Shown here piece by piece: positions 10,449 through 21,953 of a stretch of 64,000 nucleotides of DNA. The notes under the pieces are model-generated. The model was not told the DNA's origin, searched no databases, and saw only the letters and a program-made list of their open reading frames with translations. The position numbers and the translations under genes are program-made. Each line of letters starts with the position of its first letter. Position 1 is the first letter of the stretch. This stretch comes from Cetorhinus maximus (lineage: Eukaryota). The stretch is taken from contig NC_135897.1 of the NCBI RefSeq assembly GCF_964194155.1, positions 48,360,001-48,424,000 on the forward strand. Direction: 5' to 3'.

Positions 10449-12678
10449 GAATGTACTGTGGGTGGGGGACTTCAATGTCCATCACCAAGAGTGACTCGGT
10501 AGCACCACTAATGACCGAGCTGGCCGTGTCCTAAAGGACATAGTTGCTAGACTGGGTCTGTGGCAGGTGGTGAGGAAACCAACAAGAGGGAAAATCATAC
10601 TTGACCTCATCCTCACCATCCTGACTGCTGCAGATGCATCTGTCCATGACAGTATCAGTAGGAGTGACCACCTCACAGTCATTGTGGAGATGAAGTCCCA
10701 CCTTCACATTGAGGATATCCTTCAGTGTGTTGGGTGGCATTACCACCGTGCTAAATGGGGTAAATTTTGAACAGATCTAGCAACTCAAGACTAGGCATCC
10801 ATGAGGCACTATGGGCCATCAGCAGCAGAATTGTACTCGAACAATATCTGTAATCTTATGGTCCGACATATTCCCCACTCTACCATTACCATCAAACCAG
10901 GGGACCAACACTGGTTCAATTAAGAATGCAGGAGGGCATGCCAGGAGCAGCACCAGGCATACCTAAAAATGAGGTGTCAACCTGGTGAAGCTATAACACA
11001 GGACTACTTGCATGTCAAACAGCATAAGCAGCAAGTGATAGGCAGAGCTAAGTGATCCCACAACCAAAGGATCAGATCTAAGCTCTGCAGTCTTGCCACT
11101 TCCAGTCATGAATGGTGGTGGACAATTAAATAACTCACTGGAGGAGGAGGTTCCACAAATATTCCCATCCACAATGATGGGGGAGCTCAGCACATCAGTG
11201 CATAAGATAAGACTGAAGCATTTGCTACAATCTTCAGCCATTAGTGCCAAGTGCACGATCCATCTTGGCCTCCTCCGGAGGTCCCCAGCATCACAGATGC
11301 CAGTCTTCAGCCAATTCAATTCATTCCACGTGATAGCAAGAAACGACTGACGGCACTGGATAGTGGAAAGGCTATTGGGCCTGACAATATTCCAGCAATA
11401 GTACTGAAGACTTGTGCTCCAGAACTTGCCACACCCCTAACCTGACCTCATTTCAGCCTTGGTTCAAACATGGGACAAAAGATCTGAACTCCTGAGGTGA
11501 GGCGAGAGTGACTGCCCTTGACATCAAGGCCACATTTGACAGAGCATGGCATCAAGGAGCCCTAACAAAACTTGAGTCAATGGGAATCGGGGAAAACTCT
11601 GTTGGTTGGGGGTCATACCTAGCACAAAGGAAGATGGTTGTGGTTGTTGGAGGTCAGTCATCTCAGCTCCAGGACATCACTGCAGGAGTTCCTCAGGATA
11701 GTGTCCTCGACCCAACCGTCTTCAGCTGCTTCATCAATGACCTTTCATCCATCATACGAGTGGGGATTTTCGCTGATTACTGCACAACGTTCAGCACCAT
11801 TCGCGACTCCTCAAATACTGAAGCAGTCCATTTCCAAATCCAGCAAGACCTGGACAATATCCAGGCTTGGACTGACAAGTGGCAAGTAACATTCGCGCCA
11901 CACAAGTGTCAGGCAAAGGCCATCTCCAACAAGAGCGAATCTAACCATCGTCCCTTGACGTTTAATGGCATGACCATCACTGAATCCCCCACTATCAACA
12001 TCCTGGGGGTTACCAGTGATCAGAAACTGAACTGGACTAGCCATATAAATATCGTGGCTACAAGAGCAGGTCAGAGGCTAGGAATCCTGTGATGAGTAAT
12101 ACACCTCCTGACTCCCCAAAGCCCTTCCACCATCTACAAGGCACAAGTCAAGAGTGTGATGGAATACTTCCCATTTGCCTGGATGAGTGCAGCTCCCACA
12201 ACACTCAAGAAGCTTGACACCATCCAGGACAAAGTAGCCCGATTGATTGGCATTGGCACTACATTCACTAACGTTCAATCCCTCACCACTGATGCACAGT
12301 AGCAGCAGTGTGTACCATCTACAAGATGCATTGAAATGAATTCACGAAAGCTCCTTTGGCAGCACTTTCCAAACCCATGACCACTACCATCTAGAAGGGC
12401 AAGGGCAGCAGACAGATGGGGACACCTCCACCTGGAAGTTCCCCTCCAAGTCACTCACCATCCTGACTTGGAAATATATCACCTTTCCTTCACAGTCGCT
12501 GGGTCAAAACTGTGGAACTCCCTTCCTAACAGCACTGTGGGTGTACCTACACCACATGGACTGCAGCGGTTCAAGAAGGAAGCTCGCACCACCTTCTCAA
12601 GGACAACTGGGAAGGGCAATAAATGCTGGCCCAGCCAGCGAATGAATGGCCCACATCCCGTGAATGAATAAATAAAAA
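10449..12678 (+). mobile_element. Decayed APE-RT LINE (CR1/Jockey group, clade uncertain), internally deleted
   Basis: Endonuclease-like VGDFNVHH, GPDNIP, ALDIKATFDRAWH, GVPQDSVL and FADY, with multiple stops and frameshifts. The 3' tail cccacatcccgtgaatgaataaa is shared with other copies. Confidence 0.9.
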
Positions 12679-12689
12679 TACTGCACAGC

Positions 12690-13090
12690 CCCTCACAGAG
12701 AGAGAAGGAGCTGGGTTAAAGAGGGATGTGCTGAGACCCAAGGCCATAAAATTGGAGCGCGATAGATTGGAGAACCGCGCGGTAGGATTCGGTGCCGGAA
12801 GGAGCAGACCAGCGGCAGATTGTCGGCTCCACCGCTGACCGGCAGGCGGGTGGAGGACCGCTCGGCTCCCCCGCTGAACGGCAGGCGGGTGGAGGACAAC
12901 TCGATTCCCCCGCTGACCTACAGCAAGAGGCGGAGCCAACGAGCTAGTCACGCGCATGCGCATTGCAGTTCAACAAGCGTACACACCAATGACGTCAACG
13001 GCGGGAGGAACCGCGCATGCGCTAGTGGATGCGCTGTGTGTCGTGTTCGTGCACAGTTTGCTGGCGCGTGGCTGATCAACAAAAGAGCAA
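12690..13090. promoter_or_regulatory. CpG-island-like promoter candidate
   Basis: CpG-dense and not matching the window's TE families. Two NRF1-type GCGCATGCGC (12952-12961, 13013-13022), CCAAT overlapping a CRE palindrome TGACGTCA (12986-12997), and a GC-box-like gaggcggagc (12927-12936). Confidence 0.65.
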
Positions 13091-13119
13091 GAGAAAGCTG
13101 ATCATTGTTGTCCAAAAGC

Positions 13120-13125
13120 ATGGAT
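13120..13125 (+). other. Candidate coding end of first exon (ATG GAT | gtaagt) of an unidentified gene
   Basis: Strong Kozak context aaaagcATGG and a consensus donor gtaagt at 13126, directly downstream of the promoter-like region. Confidence 0.4.
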
Positions 13126-13219
13126 GTAAGTTCTTATAGTAATATCCAACTCATTCAGAGTGAGGGTGTACACACTTCTCATCCCTGCCACAACAATAGG
13201 TAGAATATACAGACTTTAT

Positions 13220-15517
13220 TATAAAGGCAAAATACTGCAGATGCTGGAAATCTGAAACAAAAACAAAAAGTGCTGGAAATATTCAGCGGCTTGACAGCAT
13301 CTACGGAGAGAAAGACAGAGTTAACGTTTCGAGTCCATATGGCTCTTCTTCGGAACTAAAGAGAAGTAAAGATATGGTAAAATATATACTGCGTAAGGGG
13401 GGTGGGACAGGTGAAGTTGGATAGAAGGCCAGTGATAGGTGGAGGCAAAGGAGAGATTGCAAAAGATGTCATAAACAAAAGATCGAAGGGGTGTTAATGG
13501 TGGTGATACTGGCTAAAGGAGGTGCTAATGGTGACATAAAGAGTAGAAAGCATAATAAGCAAGTGACAGATGGCCCTAGTGGGGGTTGCGGGAGGGGACG
13601 GTGGTAGGAAAAAAGATCGACATAGGCTAAAAGGTGGGGGTAAAGCAATGAATAAAAATGGAAATAAATTTTTTTTAAAAATAATAAAAATAGGTGGAAA
13701 ATATATACAAGTTAAAAAATAAATATTTGAAAAACGGGTGAGGATGGAGGAGAGTTGGTCTGAAGTTGTGGAACTCAATGTTAAGTCCGGAAGGCTGTAA
13801 AGTGCCTAATCGGAAGATGAGGTACTGTTCCTCCAGTTTGTGTTGAGCTTCACTGGAACATTGCAGCAGGCCAAGGACGGACATATGGGCATGAGAGCAG
13901 GATGGTGTGCTGAAGTGGCAAGCGACAGGAAAGTCTGGGTCATGTTGCAAACAGGCCGAAGATGTTCTGCAAATCAGTCACCCAGTCTGAATTTGGTCTC
14001 TCCAATATAGGGGAGACTGCATTGGGAGCAGCGAATGCAGTAGACCAAATTGAGGGAAGTGCAAGTGACTGCTTCAGTTGAAAGGAGTGTTTGGGCCCTT
14101 GGACAGTGAGGAGGGGGGAAGTAAAGGGGCAGGTGTTGCAATTGTATGGGAAGGTGCCATGGGAGGGGGTTGAGGTGATGGAGGAGTGGACCAGGGTGTC
14201 CCAGAGGGAACGGTCCCTACGGAATTCCGATTTGGGGGGGGGGGGAGGTGGTGAAGGGAAGATGTGTTTGGTGGTGGCATCATGCTGGAAATGGCGGAGG
14301 ATGATCCTTTGAATGCGGAGGCTGGTGGGGTGAAAAGTGAGGACAAGGGGGACCCTATCATGGTTCTGAGAGGGAGAGGAAAGTATGAGGGCAGAGGCGT
14401 GGGAGTTGGGTTGGACACGGTTGAGTGACCTGTCACCAACCGTGGTTGGGAAACCTCGGTTAAGGAAGACGTCAGACATGTTTTGGAAAGCAGCATCATC
14501 AGAACAGATACGATGGAGGCAAAGGAACTGAGAGAATGGGATGGAGTCTTTACACGAAGCAGGGTGTGAGGAGTTGTAATCGAGGTAGGTGTGGGAGTTG
14601 GTGGGCTTGTAATGAATATTGGTGGACAGTCTATCATGAGAAATTGAGACAGAGAGGTCAAGGAAGGGAAGGGAAGCGTCAGAGATGGACCATGTGAAAG
14701 TGGTGGAGGGGTGGAAATTGGAAGCAAAATTAATACATTTTTCCAGGTCCAGACGAGAGCATGAAGCAGCACTGAAACAGTCATCGATGTACCGGAGAAA
14801 AAGTTGTGGGAGGGGGCCTGAGTAGAACTGGAACAAGGAATGTTCCACATATCCCATAAAGAGACAGGCATAACTGGGGCCCATGCGGGTACCCATAGCC
14901 ACACTTTTTATTTGGAGGAAGTGAGACGAGTTTAAGGAGAAATTGTTCAGTGAGAGAACAAGTTCAGCCAGACAGAGGAGTGGTGGTGGATGGGGTTTGT
15001 TTGGGCCTCTGTTCAAGGAAGAAGCTAAGGGCCCTCAGACCATCCTGGTGGGGGATGGAGGTGTAGAGGGATTGGATGTCCATGGTGAAGAGGAGGCAGT
15101 TGCGACCAGGGAACTGGAAATTTTTGATATGATGTAGGGCATCAGAGGAATCATGGATGTAGGTGGGAAGAGACTGGACAAGGGGAGAGAGAAGGGAGTC
15201 AAGATGGGAAGAAATGAGTTCTGCTTTCTACTCTTAATGTCACCATTAGCACCTCCTTTAACCCGTGCCACCACCATCAACGCGCCTTCGATCTTTTGTT
15301 TATGACATCTTTTGCAATCTCTCCTTTGCCTCCACCCATCACTGGCCTTTTATCCAGCTTCACCTGTGCCACCCCCCTTAAATAGTATATATTTCACCAT
15401 ATTTTTACTTCCCTTTAGTTCTGAAGTAGAGTCATTCGGACTCAAAAGTTAACTCTGTCTTTCTCTCCACAGACGCTGTCAGACCTGCTGAGTTTTTTCA
15501 GCACGTTTTGTTTTTGG
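13220..15517 (-). mobile_element. 5'-truncated, frameshifted Neptune-type PLE with inverted pLTR
   Basis: ORF pieces 13940-15016 and 13675-13950 closely match the 917-aa protein. Segment ~15222-15516 is an inverted copy of ~13258-13552. A 12-bp TSD tacagactttat lies at 13208-13219 and 15518-15529. HHR-like motifs at 13319-13357 (-) and 15417-15454 (+). Confidence 0.93.
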
Positions 15518-15751
15518 TACAGACTTTATGATTACTATATAATGATAGTTGCAGTTTTATCAAATATGTTAACTTTTTTGACAACAGTTGTGGCTAAAAA
15601 CACAAAACGTTATTTGCAGAACTGGAAAAGTCCAGAAGCCTTATTGCTTGTATCAAAAGAGAAATTAATAAATGTTGGAACTTGTCTGCATCAATGGAAA
15701 CATTCAGTAACCTTGTAATTTTGATGTTGTGAATCATTTTTAATAACGTAG

Positions 15752-15844
15752 GGCTCTTCTCATTTTGGGAAAGTGCAGGATGAAAATCCTCAGAACAGAA
15801 TTTCTACTGATTATACTTGCAATAATGTAGAGAGGAATAATGCC
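15752..15844 (+). other. Candidate internal exon (93 nt, phase 0/0)
   Basis: ttttaataacgtag | GSSHFGKVQDENPQNRISTDYTCNNVERNNA | gtatga. It is open and in phase with the exon-1 candidate; no homology recognised. Confidence 0.3.
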
Positions 15845-15900
15845 GTATGATCTCCTCCAAAGTACTGTATGATGAGCATTTATGATGGAAAATACTTATG

Positions 15901-16554
15901 GGCCAGAATTTTGCCATTGGCGAGCAGGGGGGCGGGGCCCACGGGACATGTAAAATGACGCAGGATGACATTGGGCGGAACCCCCGACGTCATCCCGCCC
16001 CATTTAAATTTTCAGGAAGGCGGGGGCGCAGCAAAATCAGCTGCGGGCCCACCGACCTGTCAATGGCCAATTGAGGCCATTGACAGGATCATTTAACCAA
16101 TTAAAGGACCTGCCCGTCCAATCTTAAGGTTGGCGGGCAGGCCAGGAGCTCCGGCATAAAATAGAGAAAACATGAAACCTCATCCAGCAGCGGGATGAGG
16201 TTTCATGCAGGGATTTAAAAATGTTAATAAAGTTATTCTGTAAATTATGAATATGTCCCAACTCTTGTAATATTTTTCAAACTCCAGGTGATCTCCCTGA
16301 GGCTGCACTTAGCCTCAGGGAGATGTGCGCTCTTTCGTGCGCATGCGCGAAAGAGCACACTTTCGCTATTAGGGAATCCCCTCCGCCCGCACAGGGAGTG
16401 CATAGCGCTTCCCGCTGGGCGTCATGCTGGGTGGGCCTTAATTGGCCTGCCTACGTAAAATGGCGGCGGGGCCCGCTTCGCTGGCAGGGATCGGCTCCCC
16501 GCCCGCTGGAGATTGGGTCAGGCCCACCTGCCCAACAGGCAGAAAATTCTGCCC
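15901..16554 (+). mobile_element. PIF/Harbinger-type MITE, family A
   Basis: TIR ggccagaatttt...aaaattctgccc, flanks atg/acg (3-bp TSD with one CpG-type change), and the internal hairpins shared by the family. Confidence 0.88.
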
Positions 16555-16993
16555 ACGATGTCAATTAAACGTTCATGTAGTAGACAAGGGTGTCATATGT
16601 TCCAACTTATTTTTAACCTTTCAGCAGTACTGACCTGTTTAACAACAAAACTCAAATCACACACACAATGATGAAGTTCAATGGCTTTGAAGAGTAACAT
16701 CAGCATAAGCTCTAGTGATATAAATAACTCATGAATGTTCCAATATTGACAAAAATGGCCCATACCTGTACAGCATAGCAACAGTATTCCGTTTCTTCTG
16801 TGAAACCTTCCCAGGTGAGCCAGCCAATGAATCAGAATACATTTCTCCCAATAAAGAAATGCAACATATTCTAAAGAGGGAAAACCAAAAGAAAAATTAA
16901 CAGGACTGGCAAGTAGCTATTTAAGCCAGAGTAATAGTCTACAAAATGTTGTGATAATTTCTTAGAACCAAATTGTTTCATTGTGATACATGT

Positions 16994-17073
16994 CCTCAAG
17001 GGTAACTAGGGATGGGCAGTAAATGCTGGCCCAGCCAGTGAAGCCCACATCCCGTGAATGAATTAAAAAAAAA
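16994..17073 (+). mobile_element. 3' tail fragment of the LINE family seen at 10449-12678
   Basis: aaatgctggcccagccagtgaagcccacatcccgtgaatgaatt followed by poly(A). Confidence 0.75.
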
Positions 17074-17679
17074 CTTAAATCTCAGAATAAATGTTTTAGA
17101 ATTTAGTTCCTAAAATGATGTATAATGTCTTCTTTGAAAAATGTTTACCTTCTCTGTGCCAGTCACTGTTCTTGTTCTGAAGGAATAGAAAGGTGAACTG
17201 TGCCTGTGGTAATCTCTAGCATTGTATAATTGCTGAGGGAAAAATAGTAAGGCAGTAGGCCATGCCTTTTTCTTCAACTGTTTCTCTTCCCTGCATCCAT
17301 CCAAGGAAGCACCTAACCGTAGTTGTGTGGCACCCCCTTTGACAACTGATCATTCTTTGGAAAATTATTTTATCAGGCTTCTGTAGACTCCTTACATTGT
17401 TGTTGCTGTGAGAATATACTATTTCCAATAATTCATGGAATACTATGGAACCTCCTATTTTATCTGTACAGACTTAAAGAAAGTACGTACACAAAATGTA
17501 TGTGAACGCTAATGGAACCACTTCTATTTTGAATGCTAATCAGGAAGTACTAATTTGTATAAATTGCAACTTCTTAAAGTACTTTTTTATTGTATAGTAA
17601 TGAATTTTGTCATACCTTGGTAATATATTGCACATCTTAAGTAAATGTGTGCATTCTGCATCAACATACATCTAACTAG

Positions 17680-17778
17680 GTTTGGAAAAACTATTTTGTG
17701 AGAGGTTGGCTGAAGCTATGCAATGAGACTGCGGTTGTCTTCTCCAGTTCACTTCATTCTGCATTTCTATACTGCGAG
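17680..17778 (+). other. Candidate exon (99 nt, phase 0/0)
   Basis: ctaactag | VWKNYFVRGWLKLCNETAVVFSSSLHSAFLYCE | gtaagt. Strong donor, weak acceptor. Confidence 0.3.
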
Positions 17779-18287
17779 GTAAGTAGCTGACTGATACACT
17801 TTTTTCTGCCAGAATAGTTAAACCACTCTTTTAATGACAGTGTTTTTCAAGACAAAAGAAACATGATTAAACAGGTAGAGTTCAACATTCTGATCCCATG
17901 GGCATGCCAATGAGTAATTAAATTAACTAAAAACACTGTTGTGTGTCCATACATTCTGTGTGTTATTTAGTCCATGCATCTGTATGCCAGTGTTTCTATG
18001 TGTGCTGTCTGATGTGTGTGACATCATGTCCCTGGGTAGAGAATTTTATTTAATTCATGTTACAAAGTACTCCAACCTCAGGGATGGTGTTTGTCAATAG
18101 TACTGTAAAGTTACTTCTAAAGCTGCAAAAATATAATTCAAGGCTACTTCCTTTACCACCCCATTCCACCAGCCCCAGGACACAACCTACTGCTGCTCTA
18201 GAGGGGTATTTCCATTTTGCTTTAGCATGTGTCAACTTCCAAAAATGCCTTAACAAAGTTCTTCACAAAAGGCTGCTGCATCTGGCC

Positions 18288-19030
18288 AAAATATTTGATA
18301 AGGTGCCATATCAAAGGTTATTGTGGAAAATAAAAGCTCATAGTGTAGGGGGTAACATATTGGCATGGATAGACGATTGGCTAGCTAACAGGAAACAGAG
18401 AGTAGGCATAAATGGGTCTTTTTCTGGTTGGCAGGATGTTACAAGTGGTGTGCCATAAGGATCAGTGCTGGGGCCTCAACTTATAACAATTTATATAAAT
18501 GACTTGGATGAAGGGACCGAAGGAATGGTTTCTAAATTTGCTGATGACACAAAGATAGGTAGGAAAGCAACTTGTGAAGAGGACATAAGGCGGCTACAAA
18601 GTGACATAGATAGGTTAAGTGAGTTGGCAAAGATCTGGCAAATGGAGCATAATGTGGGCAAATGTGAAATTGTCCAATTTGGTAGGAAGAATAAAAAAGA
18701 AGCATTTTATCTAAATGGTGAGAGATTGCAGAGCCTGAGGGATCTGGGTGTCCTAGTTTATGCATCACAAAAGGCCAGTATGCAGGTACAGCAAGTAACT
18801 AGGAAAGCTAATGGAATGTTATGTTTATTGCAAGAGGAATTGCATATAAAAATAGAGAGGTTATGTTTCAGTTTTACAGACACTGGTGAAACCACATCTG
18901 GAGTACTGTGTGCAGTATTGCTCTCCTTATTTAAGGAAGGATTTAAATGCATTAGAAGCAGTTCAGAGAAGGTTTACTAGACTAATACCAGGAATGGGCA
19001 GATTGTCTTATGAGAAAAGATTGCACAGGC
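18288..19030 (+). mobile_element. CR1 LINE, RT portion (continues at 21543)
   Basis: FDKVPY, VTSGVP*, KFADDTKIG and KPHLEYCVQ, with stops and frameshifts. Confidence 0.92.
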
Positions 19031-19033
19031 TAG

Positions 19034-21539
19034 GGGCAGAATTTTCCACGCCACGTTGGTGTTGGGCATGTTTGGTGGTGTGAGCAAACAAAATGGCGAG
19101 AAGGCCTGAAATCAGTTTCACCAGGTTGTGAAACCAGCTTGCGATCAACCGTTCAACCTGTCGATGGTGGGCTGCATTCCCCACCATTGGACATCGGGAA
19201 CCTCACTGTGATACATCTGCATATCATTATAAGGCCAGCCCGCTGAAATAATCCCCCGGAACTTACTGCCAGGGCCTTGCTCACATCACGGACATCTGAG
19301 GAGCAGTAGATGCAGGAGCCCAGCAGCAATGGCACACTGGAGGAATGTCCATGGCATGCTGAGTGGATTCTCATGGACATGGCTCTGCTGCAAAGCAGTC
19401 CATGGAAGTTCAAAAATCACCACTGAGGGTCTGCTCACAACAGATGATGGTCGAGGGAGTGGAGAGGGAGGTCCAGCTGTGTTTGGGACAGGAAGGTCTA
19501 GGATCAACTAGGAGAGGAAGAGGTGACGGGGGGGATGAGGTTCGGAGGGGGAGGGAATGAAGGTGTCAGGGGATGAGGTTGGGAGGTGGGGAATGAAGGT
19601 GTTGGGGGATGACATTAGGAGGGGGGAACAAAGGTATCGGTGGGGCTGGGAGGGGGTGGAGGGAGTACGGGGTGGGAGGAGGGGTAACGGGGAGAAGATG
19701 GCAACTGGGGAGGTAGGTGCAAGGGGAGGTGGAAGGTGTAAGGGAAGGAGCTCGGACGGTGGAAGGAGTGCGGAGAGGGGAGGGAGTAATGGTGGAGGAA
19801 GGAGTCGGGAAGGAGAAAGGCTGGAGGAATGAATCGGGGGGGGAAGGACTAAGGTTGGAAAAGAAGAAAGGGTGTCTGAGGTAGTCAGGAGGGGGAAGGA
19901 CCACGTTTCCCTCTCGCGTTGCCACTGCAGGAACTCACCCATGGCTCACACAGTGGAGTGCAGGTCTGCACACATCTTCACGTTTTGCTGGACCAGAGTC
20001 TCCATGGCGTCTGCCATCCTTCCCATGGAGACCTCCATACGTGCACATGTGGGCATCACTTCTTCAGAGAACAGGCGGACACACTCCTCCAACTTGCAAG
20101 CCACTCTATTGAAGGCTTCCAACACCTCTGGGTGATGTTCCCACACCTTCTGCTGACTCCACAGCATGAGTTGGAAGGCCAAATTCAGAGATTCATCATC
20201 TGACTCAGACTTCACAGATGCCTCTTCCCCAGCAGTGCTCCAAGTGCCAGGGAGCTCGGCTGTACCTGCCTTCCCCTGCTGCAGACATGTGTCCGTGCGG
20301 TGACCACCGGATTGTGAACCCAAGCCCGTTCTAGATCCAGATCCCACCGAGGTGTCTGTCTCTGCGCTGGTGCAGGGTGTGGGTAAGCACTGTGACAGGT
20401 CTTCCAGGCTGCTTATTTCCAGCTCTTCAATGGGGGAGGTGTTCTCTTGGCTGGAGGTGAGGATGTGGATGGAGATGAGGGACTGGCTGGCTGAGGGTGT
20501 CAGTCATTTGGCAGAGCTCCCTGTGAACCAAGTAGAGATAATTAGTGCATGGCAGCAGACTCGAGAGAAAGAGCAGTCACAGTTGTGTTGAGAGAGGGAT
20601 GATGTGGTGCAGGATCCTCACGAGGGTGTTCGCCGTTGACCTCACCGTCACTGCAGGCACAGTCCATGTCCTCACCAGTCAGTGCGATGGCACACTCTTC
20701 AAAGTGAGTGAGGGGCCTAATATGGGCCACTGCACTCCCGGTCTGGGACCTCTTCCTGCTGATATTAGCAGGCTTCTCCTGCATGAAAACAGATGGAGAG
20801 AGTGTGAGCAGGACACATGGCACTGCATGGAATGTTTGTGTGGCGAGCAGAGACATGGACGGGATGAAGACGCGAGCTCGAGACGATATGAGCCTGATGG
20901 AGTTGTGAGGGTATGTGTGAGAGTTAGTGGTGTTGTCCCTTGAGGTGTGAGATCCCTGTGGATGTGTGATGGGCTTGTTGAGTGTGTGAGTTGAGAGTGA
21001 GGAGAAGAGTGAGTTACCCTGGCGGAATGGATGAGACCATTCATCCTTTTGTGGCACTGGGTGGCTGTTGTCTTTTGAAGGGCATTGGTGCTGACCACAG
21101 TTGCCACCATCTCCCATGCTGGATTGGTGATGCCGCTGGCCCTCCTGCAGCCAGAGCGAAGGCAGAGGACATCATGGTGGGCTTCCACAGCATCCAAAAG
21201 GTGCTCAAGGCATATGTCACTAAACCGGGAGGCTGCAGTCTTTTTGCCTTTCAGGGTCATCCTGTCTTTTATGCGGCAGTCATGGGCTGGAAGCACTGAG
21301 AGGTGTGCATGCAGCTACACTTTAAATGTGACGCCCGGCATGATGAAGCAGCGAGGTGATGGCGTAGGGGCGAATGAGAACGCACCCACCATCGAAATGG
21401 CATGTTTCCCGGAATTGCATAATTAATGCAGCGAGTTTGGGACGATACAGTATGAGAAGTCGCCATTGTGGCTGGTGAGTGGTAAAACATTTTTCCCGCC
21501 CGCTACCGCACTTAGTGCAAAGCTGGGATGGTTCCGCCC
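19034..21539 (-). mobile_element. Harbinger-type element carrying a Myb/SANT-like gene but no transposase, inserted in CR1
   Basis: Ends gggcagaattttcc / ggatggttccgccc, flanks tag/taa. The CR1 sequence resumes directly across it. Confidence 0.8.
19900..21260 (-). pseudogene. Harbinger Myb/SANT-like DNA-binding protein gene, intron-containing and decayed
   Basis: Exon 1 (21260-21018) reads RFSDICLEHLLDAVE...AWEMVATVVS...TATQCHKRMNGL | gtaact. Exon 2 (20778-20622) reads catgcag | EKPANISRKRSQTGS...LTHFEE | gtgagg. The exon 3 acceptor is ttcacag at 20521. The 3' boundary is approximate. Confidence 0.75.
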
Positions 21540-21542
21540 TAA

Positions 21543-21953
21543 CCTTGTATCTGCTGGAGTTTAGAAGAGTAAGAGGCAACTTGATTGAAACCTTTAAGAT
21601 CCTGAGGAGTATTGACATGGTGGATGTGGAGAGGATGTTTCCTCTTGTGGAAGAATCTAGAACTAGGGGTCACAGTTTAAAAATAAGGGCTCACACATAT
21701 AAGACAGAGATGAGAATTGTTTCCTCTCAGAGGATAGTGAGTCTTTGGAACTCCCTTCCTCAAAAGGCAGTGGAAGCAGAGTCTTTGAATATTTTTAAGG
21801 CAGTGGTAGATAGATTCTTGATAAACAAGGGGGTGGAAGTTTAGCAGGAGTAGTCGGGAGGTTACAATCAGATCAGCCATGGTCTCATTGAATGGTGGAG
21901 CAGGCTTGAGGGGCCGAGTGGCCTACTTCTGCTCCTAATTCATATGTTCATAT
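21543..21953 (+). mobile_element. CR1 LINE 3' end
   Basis: RRVRGNLIETFKIL...RTRGHSLKI...SLWNSLPQKAV followed by a CR1-type 3' UTR. Confidence 0.9.

Noticed and set aside
19508-19942. Pro-rich and Gly-rich ORFs
   Set aside because: Purine-rich low-complexity tract inside the Harbinger element.
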